Origin: Dicyema japonicum | Taxonomy: Eukaryota; Animalia; Dicyemida | DNA length: 64,000 nt | Assembly: GCA_011109175.1 (NCBI GenBank) | Contig: RDEW01000007.1 | Span: forward strand, 557,712 to 621,711 | Direction of reading: 5' to 3' | Shown: positions 39,851 to 51,344 of the stretch, piece after piece | Position numbering within the stretch: the first letter of the stretch is position 1 | Layout: each line of letters opens with the position of its first letter | Made by a program: the position numbers and the translations under genes | The notes under the pieces: generated by a model | The model's input: only the letters and a program-made list of their open reading frames with translations | Told to the model about the DNA's origin: nothing | The model's database searches: none

Positions 39851-41169
39851 GCACGTGAAAAAAACTCTAATTATTTTTTATTATCCCCAATGACTTAATC
39901 GACACAGCGTTACACCCTCACAATAGCTATAGAGCTCAACTGGGGGAACCAAAGGGGTTTCGAGGGCGTTACGACTTTCTAGTGTGGCCTGGCTTCTCAG
40001 GCTTTCAAGTTGGAGAAAGTCTTCCTAAAACGCTTCAGTTATCTCGACAGCAATCACAAAATCTTGATATTTTATAAAATGCTATTACCTTAAATCTTCT
40101 CAACTCCCCCAACCTTTGAATCAAAATATCAAAAGTTGCCCCCGTCACATTGTTCGCTACTAACGATTCCTATATTGACGATCCCGACACAGTACTCATG
40201 TCTAATGCAGATGATGTTAGAACAGGTCTCCCTCTTTTGCGGCTGCTGTAGTTAAGGCTTACTTTGATCGCAAGATCAACTGATGTAATCAATTGATGTG
40301 AGGGTTCTCAAAATCTACTTTAACTCAATTCACATCGGATGAGTGGTTCTACATTGGAATTACTTGAAGAAAGACTGTTTTTGGAAGACGAACTGTTTTT
40401 GGCTGATCTAAAAATATTTCCTTCAAAAAGCAACGATGAAGATAAGCAGCTCCCGATGATTGCCAAGTACCAGTACATGCTTCTTGAAATTCAACTACCG
40501 AATGCCTCAGAATCTCAGCCACATCTAAGCAACCTGAGTGCTTGACTAACTTCGAACCGACTTTCCGTATCCCAGAAAAAATCCACATACTTTTTTACCA
40601 CCGAATCAGTCATAAGTAAACGTTAGAAATCAACCATAATGGAGAACTTATTCCCATACAGAGACATCCAGGAATACAGGAGTGACCTTGGACTCCTTGT
40701 TCTAATGTTCTACCAAAGGGTCTCAGAAATTCTACATTTTAAAAACATTTTTTAAGTCTATGATCTAGCTGTCGCAAGGATGTGCTACACTCTTATACAA
40801 TCAGTTCCCAAAGGGGACGTTAGACTACTCCTCTGGTTCCTTGGGTTATGAAATTTCAGTCTTAAGTCAAGGTCCGTCTAACGAACCTATCTACTCAATT
40901 TACCCTCCTCTCATTGACCAATCAGCAATCAGGAATATTAGGTCCCGATTTCCTCAATCTCTGACCGTTTCAGAAAAGAAACCCACCCTTCTTCAAATTC
41001 TGCTGAAAGAGCAGCGTCGTCACTTAATTAGTTGGTTTAACTCCTTCTTTCTTGATATTCCCTTTTTGGGGGTTAGATATTACTAGGGAATTACAAATCC
41101 ATCAGAAGACTATTTTTAAGACTAACTCTAATTTATCAATCACGGATACACAGAAGTGATGGTTGACAA

Positions 41170-41348
41170 CTAACTAAATACAACCAGTTCCCATGGTCTC
41201 CGAGTCAGAGATCTCCCAATGTCACACATGAGACCATCCAGAACCAGAAAAAAATGGAAGAAGTATCTAGTCCTTGAATTTGTGAGAAGAATAATTGATG
41301 CTTTTTCGTTCCATCCAGTCACCTGAGGATCGCATGACGTCACTTTAG
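41170..41348. repeat. Dispersed repeat family X copy
   Basis: CCAATGTCA.ACA...CCATCCAGAACCA...TTTTCGTTCCA...ATGACGTCACT shared with the 31320 copy. Confidence 0.65.
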
Positions 41349-41506
41349 TGCAACGAGGAAAGATAAGAGCCAGTGAGTGATTCAAACCCTGGACCATTGA
41401 AATGACATCCCGACAACGACTTCTAGTGAGTATTATAATTATGTAATATTTTTAATTATTATTTTAAAAAATTTGACAATAATTCATTATAAACACTGTG
41501 ACGGAA

Positions 41507-42743
41507 ATGGATCAGGTGGACATACTAAACCAAGAAATAAAAGCTCTCAAAGAAAAGCTGAAAAAATACGAAAATCCTACAAGGCGTGAAAAAATAAAGG
41601 AAATGAGCAGCAAAGTAGATCAATCAAATCCTTACAGGTTCTCTGAATCTCAAATTTTCAGTCGACTAATGGCACTACAGACAATGAAGGTTGTCAAAGA
41701 TTACAAGGTCATAATCATTCGATTTATTATAGGACATTCGAGAACGTTCAGTTTTAATAGTTGGGATTGGGGGAATTGGCAGTGTCGCCTCAGAAATGCT
41801 AGCACGTTGTGGTATAGGAAAACTTACCATCATTGATTACGACATCGTTGAGATGGCGAATCTAAATCGCATGTTTTACCAACCAGAGCACTGCGGACTC
41901 CTCAAAGTTGAAGCCGCCAAATTTATTTTAAAGTTCAAAAAATAATAATTCAGTAATATTAATCCAGACGTAGAAGTTAATATATTAAATATAAATATAT
42001 GCAATATTCCTGAATATCCTCTTTTTTTGGATGCTCTAAGGTACCGTGAATTTTTAATGAAGGAATACCGACATCCTGCTTGCATGTGTTGATAACTATG
42101 AGGCTAGGATGACTGTCAATTCGGCCTGTAATGAACTTGGGAGAACGTGGATTGAGTCTGGTGTTAGTGAGAATGCAATGTCCGGTCACATTCACGTAAT
42201 CAAACCTGGTTTAACGGCATGCTTTGCTGTTTGGTTAATTCTAATGTTTATAGTGCATTCCCCCGCTAATTGTGGCTACAAAGGAGGATGAGAGAACCCT
42301 CAAGCGAGGTGGTGTTTGTGCTGCAAGTATCCCAACAACACTTTCCATAATTGCTGGTCTTTTGGTTCAAAATTGTCTGAAGTAAATATTTTTATAATTT
42401 TGAGGATTCTACTCAAATTTGGAACAGTGGTGTCGTATTTGGGATATAATGGTCTCCCAGACTTTTTCCCTGCGTACTCGGTGGCCCCAAATAGTAATTG
42501 TGTCGACGACTGGTGCCGAAGACAGCAGGAAACCAACATCGAAGAAACAGTAGAGTTATCAGATCATTCAATGAAACTGAGTGATTTAGAGGACGTTGAA
42601 GGTAATATTTTTCAATTTCTTTAGAAGTTGAATTGTTAGAGATCGGCCTTATTGGGGATACTCGATCTTCACAAAAAAAGGTTGAAAAGGATGAGAGTAG
42701 TCTGAGTGATTTAGTGAATACTTTTGAGTCGTTAAATAAGTGA
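41507..42743 (+). CDS. UBA5: UFM1-activating enzyme E1
   Basis: [65 protein letters not shown] and [13 protein letters not shown]; seven introns of 21-25 nt. Confidence 0.95.
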
Positions 42744-43160
42744 CTTGCTTTTTTGAACTTGATAAGTTTTTGAATTACTTTGAAAGTTGGAAAGGCCTCC
42801 GGTCATAAGGCTTTAACGATGTTATTAGACGGGGATGGATGCTGCTGGTTTCCCGTGACTCCTGAGTCAGTCGGTTTGTGCCGAAGAGACAGAAAACGTC
42901 AGGAAGGAATGAACGTTCCTTTAGCTCCTCTCGCTCTGGAAACGTCCCGAGCCCTTAAACATTGGTCCCACGTCTGAGGTCTAATCTCGGTCCGGTAATT
43001 CTGAAAAGCTCCGATAGCTGTTTGAACTTATGCAGTCTTAGAGGATTACCCACATTGTAAGTAATTTGCACTTTGAACGCTATAATGCTCAGCTCGTTCG
43101 ATTTTTGTGGTTGATGTTGTGGTTACTAATTTATTTAAACGAAATATCGAATTAAGGCAA

Positions 43161-44067
43161 ATGACAGTCATAACTCGTTGGAATATTGAGAAAACTGCCA
43201 TCGTTATAGTGCTGAGTATTGTCCAGATTGCCATCGTTGGTTTCCTCAGCATTGGAATCTACTCAATCGTATTAACCCTGCAAAATTTGAGTGTAAAGAC
43301 ATTTTCTAACATTGTCTCAATTTTTATTTATCCTGGAGGCATTTTTGTTGCCATTCTTGTAATTGGGGTCATTATTAATTCCATTGGGTGTTTTGGAATT
43401 CTCAGGGAGAACGTCAATTTCATGAGGATTGTAGTTGTATGTGCTATAGTTTAGTTTTTGATATGCTTAAAGGTTTTACTGGCTATTCTTGTTTTTTTAC
43501 TTATTTTTGTGGCGCTCTACGTCTTCATACCACAGGTTTCGATCTACCTTAACCAACAACACATTGGATCTAAGATGTCCTTCATTATTGTAAAGTACAA
43601 GGATGACATCAATCTGGCGGGAGTTATAGATTCTATTCAAGCCACAGTTTTTTGACAAAATTTATTTGTAGGTTAAATGCTGTGGTTTTGATAGTCCGGA
43701 AGACTGGGATATAAATATTTACTTTAATCAGAATATTACCAATCTTGCCCCCGAACGTGGCGGAGTTCCGTATTCGTGCTGTAAGAACTACACCGGAAAT
43801 ATTAACTGCGGGAATGGACTAAGGGTCACTTTTACTTGACTCATTTAATAGATTAACGGACAAGTAACCAAATACTACCAGACTGGTTGTCTCAGAGCAT
43901 TCAAGCTGTTTTTCTTCAAATATAAATATTACATCGTTGGTATCATTGGTGGGTACACTTTCCTGGTGGTATGTTCTAGTATTTATTGGCAGTTAATGTT
44001 TTTGGTTCTCGTTGATCATGCAGCTATAACGTGCCTCAAAAATTCACACAGGAGAAATTACTATTAA
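43161..44067 (+). CDS. Tetraspanin, TspanC8 (TSPAN5/14/33)-like
   Basis: Four TM segments, GCFGILREN, CCG..SPEDWDINIYFN, GVPYSCC, NCG and GC; introns of 24-28 nt. Start codon uncertain. Confidence 0.88.
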
Positions 44068-46666
44068 CTTTTTCTAATTATTCCTAATTATTTTTGTTAT
44101 TGTCTTGGCAATGATTAATGGGACAACCAAAAATAACAATTTTTATATTAAAAGAGAATATTGGTGAAAAATCGCTTCGAAGAGATACGAACTCTTCTAA
44201 GGACTTTGGTTGAGACAGAGGATCGAATTGGCGACGATCAGTAGAAACGCTACGCAATCCTGCCCTCTTGGCTGATAAAAGACTTAGTGTTTTATAATTA
44301 AATTGGTGAAATGAATAACTTTCCTCGATGTGGACTTTTGATCCAGCACAGCTACGATTGGGCGGAGGCAGTGTTCCCCATATTTTCATCCGGCGTGATG
44401 TATTTTCTATTTCTGTTTTTATGGATGGACTCGTCTTTATGTGGTAGGCACTTCAGTTTTCGAAGGGCTACGAAACCTTTTCATTTTCGCGGATAAGATG
44501 ATCGAGAGTCGAGGGTGATCATTTTTCCAGTTTTGCCAAGTGTTTTATTGACGTAGCCGCCTGACGTAGACAGGCTTCGATTTTCGAACAGTTCGTCCAT
44601 GAGAGGTTTATTCCTATGAAGCCCAGGCATAGGCCATGGTTGGCTCAATGAATTGTTTGTATAAGGCTCCAAGAGGTGGAAAGAAATTCTTTATTAGATC
44701 TCCAAATAGGATTTGATCAGTCCAATTTTCCTCTGAAAAAAAAAATTTAATATTTTTGTAATTAGAATTAAATCGATCAGCCCAAAAATAATTAGCGGAA
44801 GTATTAATGAATCGTAATAGCGCGCGTCATGTGGTTTGGTGTTTCTTGTGGCGTCAACTGTGAACATAATTATACAGCAAAATACCATTTGTTCACCCAA
44901 ATATGAGTAGATTGTCTTTTTTGAAGGTTCTCTTGTTTTTACTACTCATTTAACCTGATAGTAACCTAGGAACGTCAAACTAAATCCGGGACCACCTATT
45001 CTCCATCTGAGTAAGAGGAAATGCTAACACCCTTCTCTCTCACGACTTCATTTCCGGGGATCGACCGTCTGGTCACGGAGGAGAAATTATTATTCTTGTC
45101 GAGAATATATACACTACGGCCCTTTGTAGCTCTCATCTCCCGTAGAATGCCTTGGAAATTCAATACCGACCAATATGAGAAACATCAAATACGAGAACAC
45201 CTCACAGAGTGACAATATTACCTCACAAGACTTCGGCCTCATCACATCTTTTGTCCATTGGTCTATGTTTCACGACTTCCTGAACGACCATAACTCCATC
45301 ATTCGGATAAAGGACACGATTATTTCTGAGACAGAAACCAAGCACGTTCCTGGACTTCAAAATGTTGATTGGGTCATTTATGATATTTCGCTAACAAAAA
45401 TCTAACAGAGATTTTAACAAATCATCCAAACTATGCATTCGCCTTAGGAGAGTCTTCTGCTAAATCATTCGACTGCAAATAAGGATCTATCATCTCAGAA
45501 AAAACGAAGTCATCTCAAAAGTCCCAAAAATAAACGCCGAAGTTATGGAACTCGACTGCTCGACATTGAGATCAAAAGTAGTACTAGAAAAAAAGGAAAG
45601 TGACTGGATAAGGTTCACCTCCTCTTTGGATCAGCAAAAATCCCCATCTAAAAGGTAAAGGGCTCTTTGTAATGTCAAAAATCCGGTGAAGATAACGAAC
45701 TGGAAGACAATAATAAAGAACTCATGAAATTCTATGCACAAAACAGTTACCCCATAAAACACGGAGGTCCTCCTCTGTCTTGCTGAAGACGAGATGTCGC
45801 GAATTCTCACTTACAGAGATTGGAAATACCACTAAAACCCAAAAGGAAATTTATTCCAGCGAATCAGATGGAATACCAGCAATTGTAAATAAATTTGTCC
45901 CCCACGTTCTCATAGATTTAACTCGGATATAGAACCTCCCAATCAATCGATCACAATTCCCACGATATGTATATAACGAACATGCTTTCCTCATACATTC
46001 CAACATCGTGTTAACGACCTGTACGTAAAAATCATCTACAACGCTCTCCCATCCAATAGAAGTGACTAACTATGCTTCAGGACTGGTCCTGACAGGGAAA
46101 AATCTCATGCAAGAACACGTCAAGATCCATACTTTGACACGTGAATTACATTCATGTTAAGAAAACCCAAACTAACTGATTCCTTAATCTTGACGCTCTA
46201 GCAGAACCTCTACACAAGAACAGTGATCCAGAGGATGTTGTCCGGGAACCTGAGGTCGATTCCAGAACTCGTTGCCAGAGAACAAATTGTCTCCCGATGG
46301 AATGAATATTTGGATCCTTGTGAATCCAGACCAGGCGTCTCCTGAGTGAGGTAAATCCAATGACGCCATCAGAGGAAAGGAAAAGAAATTTCAAACCACA
46401 AAACACCGCGTGATGCCAGTTGGTCATGAAATTTTTGATGCTTTGAAGAAGATGCAATTTGAGGACTCTATGCCGGCCTTACGTTTCCTCAATTCAAGAA
46501 TACCACATTAATTCGAGTTAATTACAGGCAAAGTGTCACCAGATAAATAAACCATAAAAATTAGTCGTTATTTTTTGAAAAAGTTGAAAAGTATCACAGT
46601 CTTATTACGGCGGTGTGTTGCCACGATGACTGTACCCATGTATTTTTGCTTAGTCCAATAAAAATT

Positions 46667-46893
46667 GCAGTGAATAGACACCTCCCATGTAACAAGGCAT
46701 ATTAACAGCAATAATCTGCGGTTTTTACACATGCAGTTTTGCCTAGTTCAAGGAAAATTGGGTGCCGAAAATTTTATAAGGGTTCTGTGTGGGACAACCT
46801 CAATGCTGCGACTAAACATGCAGTAAAGAGACACCTCCCATGTGACAAGGAATATTAACAGCAATAATCTGCGGTTTGTACGCATGCAGGTTT
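46667..46893. repeat. ~75-nt direct repeat pair (46667-46740; 46820-46893)
   Basis: TGCAGT.AA.AGACACCTCCCATGT.ACAAGG.ATATTAACAGCAATAATCTGCGGTTT twice. Confidence 0.85.
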
Positions 46894-47592
46894 GTTTACA
46901 GTCGATTTGTTAAAATATATTAGGTTTTATAAATCATAATGTGAATGTTTAAGGTGGTAATTGTATGTCTGACGAATTTTATTTTGTGCTTAAATATTTT
47001 TGTAAACTCATTTTCCGTCAATTGGTTTGAAATTGAAGGTTTTGCCGAATACGGAATACAACTGCAAAGTCAGAATCATTTATTTCAATTTTAGAAAAAA
47101 GTACGATATTAGAATATTTTCCTAATCAAATGTGGGGAAACCGTGTTCAGGCTTTGATTGTCTTTGAAGTCATCAGCTTTGGGCTATCTATTTCATGTTT
47201 TGGCCTCATCTTTGGAAAACACTTTCCCATTAAAATATTTACAATCCACGTGTGCTTTGGTTGCTCCAATGTTTAATTATAGACGCGATTCATTTATTGA
47301 TTGGAATATTACTCTCACAAGAATCATTTGTGACGTTATGCTACAACCACAAAAAGAATGAAGGGAAACTGATTTGCTTACATAAAGAGGGTCTCTCAAA
47401 TCATATTGGACTAAATTTAGCCCACGCGATATTCTGCTCTGTTATTGTATTTTATTACAAATTTAAAAAATAAATTATTTTTTTAAACAATGTTTATAAA
47501 ATTTAGCATTGATATTTTTATATTTAAAAGAAAAGAATTTATTTATAAAATAATTAATATAAATTAATATAAAATTTAAATTTGACTGCCAC

Positions 47593-48094
47593 ATGCGCTT
47601 GTTGACTCACAATATGTTGACATCTAAAATTCTCAAAAATGCAATAAATGGTTATCCATTATTACTTAGTGTATATAAAAATTAAAATAAAAATAGCCCA
47701 CAAAGATTTCTATAATTGAAGCTCAATATGATGAAGAATTTATTCATAGACTAATGGACCGGATTCATTGGGATGGGTTCCAAAGTGCAATTTCTCTCGT
47801 AAGTCTTACTTATTTATGGACAGATTCACCATTCTGTTAACGACGGACTCTGCCAGGTTGAAGGCAACAACTCAATGATCGGTGTTATAGAAAGGGTTTT
47901 AAATTATTTACCAAATGTTCCCTCTTCCCCCGGAAGTGATATTTTGAAGGATTTATACTTTTTGTTGATGCAGGTTTGTATGAATATATATTTAGGTTGA
48001 TATTCAAAACGGACAACTTATATGTCCTGATACTGGAAGAACTTTCCCTATTGATGATGGAATTCCTAATATGCTGATTAATAATGATGAATGA
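47593..48094 (+). CDS. TRMT112: Methyltransferase activator Trm112
   Basis: Spliced [11 protein letters not shown]...GYPL...W..F...[31 protein letters not shown]; introns of 26, 25 and 22 nt; absent from the ORF track. Confidence 0.93.
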
Positions 48095-48169
48095 TTACTT
48101 TTTTATTTTTTATTGTTCTTTTTTCATAATTATTGACAATAATCAAATATTTAATATAATTAGAGACAA

Positions 48170-48365
48170 ACCGGCAAAGTACGCGGTTTATCCGAGGATT
48201 TTCTGTTCGTTCCACTCACGGTTAAAATGTCCCGCTCCCTTGCCCTGCGACGCTGGAATTCCCGAGTCGTCTAGGGAATCGGTTTTCTGTATGAACAGGA
48301 GATCTTGTGAGCACCGCTGGTTATTTGAGCTAATCTAGCTCGTTATCCTGAGAGGTGGTATTACA
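48170..48365 (+). mobile_element. CRE 3' fragment (another at ~49180-49255)
   Basis: KYA..EDFLFVPL...EHRWLFELI.LVILRG; DLRERCWLFERI.LA.LKG. Confidence 0.6.
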
Positions 48366-49366
48366 GATTCTCGCCTAGATGTTAAAAATTCTTGGATTGA
48401 TGTGATGAAATCTCACATTAATGTTAAAGTCTTCTCAGACTTGATACCCTGTAATCTAAGGTGCCGTTTGCGCCAAACGAAATTTAGGAGTCAGAGACTA
48501 ATCTGCAGATAAATAATTTTTTAATTAAACTGAAGACGATTAAATCTGAATCGTTCCCTCTGAGTGCACCAATAACATTGAAGACTGTGACGATGGTGAG
48601 TGCTTGCAGTACTGATTCAATTTTGGAAGCCGTGTTAGACGTTAATATAAGGGTCACTGATGGAATTCATTCTAGGACATATTCATTCTCTTAAAACTGG
48701 AAAGTCCCTAACTGTGAATGGGACCATAATTTTTTTAACAAGAACTTATCTGTTCTTCAAATTTCATATGTAAGCACACCATAAAGAACCGGAAAGAACT
48801 TTACTCAGAGTTGGTTCTACATTGGTTTTACGTCCCAAAAAGGTGATTCTGTCAATCCTACGGATTAAAAGCCGATCCATGCATGTCTGCGTTGTACAAA
48901 CCTGTCACTAAGTGTGCTAATGGAAAGATCTTCAATATGTGGAAATGTTCAACCTCATTTCGGACTGTCAGCTGTGGAATAAAAGGCAATGCCGAGTGGC
49001 TAAAACAAGCATTTCTCAACAAGTGGGTTGACGATACGCATAACAATTCCCCCTTCTGTCACTCAAATTAATAACCTACGACTCCTAAAGACGATACTGA
49101 TAAAAAATACTAGTTAACATGATTAAGATGTTCACATGCAGAATACATTTCGTTATTCGGATTTCTACACGAACATGAGATCTCCGTGAGCGCTGCTGGC
49201 TATTTGAACGTATCAGGCTCGCCACTCTGAAAGGGATTGCACGCAGTCGCTGTATGACTGTGTTTTTATTTTATTTTTCGTTAAATTAAATTTTTTAACG
49301 GGCAAACTCATAATTTGAAATCTTTTAAATTAAATAAAAAACAAAATAATAAAAAATTAATTTAAA

Positions 49367-50898
49367 TTAAAAAATACAACTAACAAATGGAGGTGATAAG
49401 CATTCATTCATGAACGGATCAAATAATCGTCCATTTGGACATTTTAGCTTTATTTTTGACATCCCAATCATTTTACAAACAAAATATTCATGTGAACAAG
49501 TATTATCATCAGCTAATGGAAACTGTCCCACTCTGTTGCAAAAATCTACTAAGTTACATTTAATACTTTGATCATTAGACCTCCCTTTCGCTATGAAAAC
49601 GATCTTGTTCAAGCAGATCTTCTATTTTTGGAATAAAAAATCGATTTACATCGAAAGGGCTAATTTTGTCTGTTATCTCAAACATTGAATATTTGTCCAA
49701 AAAAATGTTAAGCGATGTAAGCAATGGATATTTCTCCCCATTACAGACACCACCAAAATCATCGAAGCCAAGCATCCAGATTGAAGCTCCCGGTAGACCA
49801 ATCTTATGAACAAATTCTGCTTTCGCTTTTAAACTTTTTTTGGTTTCAAACGACGCCCACTGATTGTTTTTGGTAGCAAATGATGCATTCGCTAAGGAAT
49901 TCCATTTTATATTCCAATCGCAGAGCTAGGCGCTCAAATATAGCAATTACCTCAAAATAAGATAAAATTCCTGGAATTTGGCTGTAATTCCCATAAACCA
50001 GCCAATCCGCTGACTTTGATCCAACGTTGGTGTTTCGTTCGTCGGCAATCTCTGATATTTTGCCATAAAATGCAATTCCTAGTAATAGCTTTTCGACGTT
50101 CAGTTTAAAATCCAGTAAGACAGAATCAAAAATTTTCTTCTATAAGCGTTAATATTATAAAAAACTATGCAATTCTCAGATTCAGGAACACAGAATAAAG
50201 AATTGTGAAATTGAGTCACGTTTTTAACTGAGTGGAGATTAAAGCCTTCCACTATCAAGTAATTCACATATCTGATTAGTCTTTTCATGTCATTTTTCCC
50301 GCTATTATTGCCATTTTTTAAATGACCAATTAAAATAAAGTTTGATAATCCCCGTTTATTCGCTTCTCTTACAATGTACTGAAAAGTCTAAAATGTAATT
50401 ACTTTAGACAGCAGCATATCAACGCTGGAATCGTCACTTTCATTAAACAAGTCAATTCCATCAAAGTTATTGTGCAACATAAAATCAATAGCTCTCTTGG
50501 CGAACGTGACCAATAGATCAGAATGCATATCGGCAAAGTCGTATTTGGGAATCCGTATAGAAATAATCAATGGGATGTTCAAAGATACTTTGACTGTAAA
50601 TAGCTCATCGTATATGGACAAATCTTGTGAAATTAAAAATTAGGAAAAACCTGGAGATTCTAAGGCATCTTTTCCGATAGGAACAACTATTAAGGCGAAA
50701 GGGTCAATTTCAGCAAATTCGTAGATTAAATGAGTGCATAGGTCACGTGGGATGTCTTTGGGACGAAAATGATAATTTTGAAAATTATATTGGGACCAAA
50801 ACGTACAATAACACATAATTATTTCTAAGAAAAACCGCATAAATACTTTTACGAGTTTCTACATTAAAAAAAAGTAGTGCAAATACAGAAAATAGCAT
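49367..50898 (-). CDS. Secreted GH18 chitinase-like protein with C-terminal chitin-binding (CBM14-like) domain
   Basis: Signal peptide MLFSVFALLFF; CYCTFWSQY, LCTHLIYEFA, FDGIDLFNE, GASIWMLGFDDFGGVC..KYPLL; Cys-rich end CPNGRLFDP...C. Confidence 0.88.
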
Positions 50899-50994
50899 AT
50901 TAACTCATTCCCTACGAAATATAAAAGTTGCACAATTCCACAAATAATGATTAATTTTATAAAAATATTTTAATTAATTATTTAATTAAAATAT

Positions 50995-51240
50995 TTTGGC
51001 CGCTTCAGTCTCGGACCCAGGACATACTTCTAAGCAAACTGAGGATCAGAAGAGAAGGAAGTACCAAAGCATATCTGATGATCACCTGTTTTTCCCATTT
51101 TCTGTTGAGATTTCAGGAATCCTTGGCCCACAAGATGATCTAATCCGTTGGATCGGTTTTATGATCCAAAGGGTCACCAAGGATCTACGTGGTTACGAGA
51201 GCGCACCTCGAAAGCTATGTCAAAGGAAACTGCCTGGACT
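50995..51240 (+). mobile_element. CRE 3' fragment
   Basis: EDQKRRKY...FPFSVEISG; same subfamily as 18440-18625. Confidence 0.75.
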
Positions 51241-51344
51241 TGGATTAATTTAATTATTTTTTGTTTTTTTAATTTAAATAATTTAAATAAAAAAGATAAA
51301 TAAAATTAAAAAATATTTTATTTCTATAGTAATCAGAAATAAAG

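Noticed and set aside
40000-41090. Decayed RT-like sequence (also 13500-14100, 44300-46450, 57100-57600)
   Set aside because: Probably retroelement debris, but motifs are too degraded to assign family or boundaries.
46560-47473. Possible claudin/PMP22-like membrane gene
   Set aside because: TM-like stretches exist, but I could not build a consistent spliced ORF.
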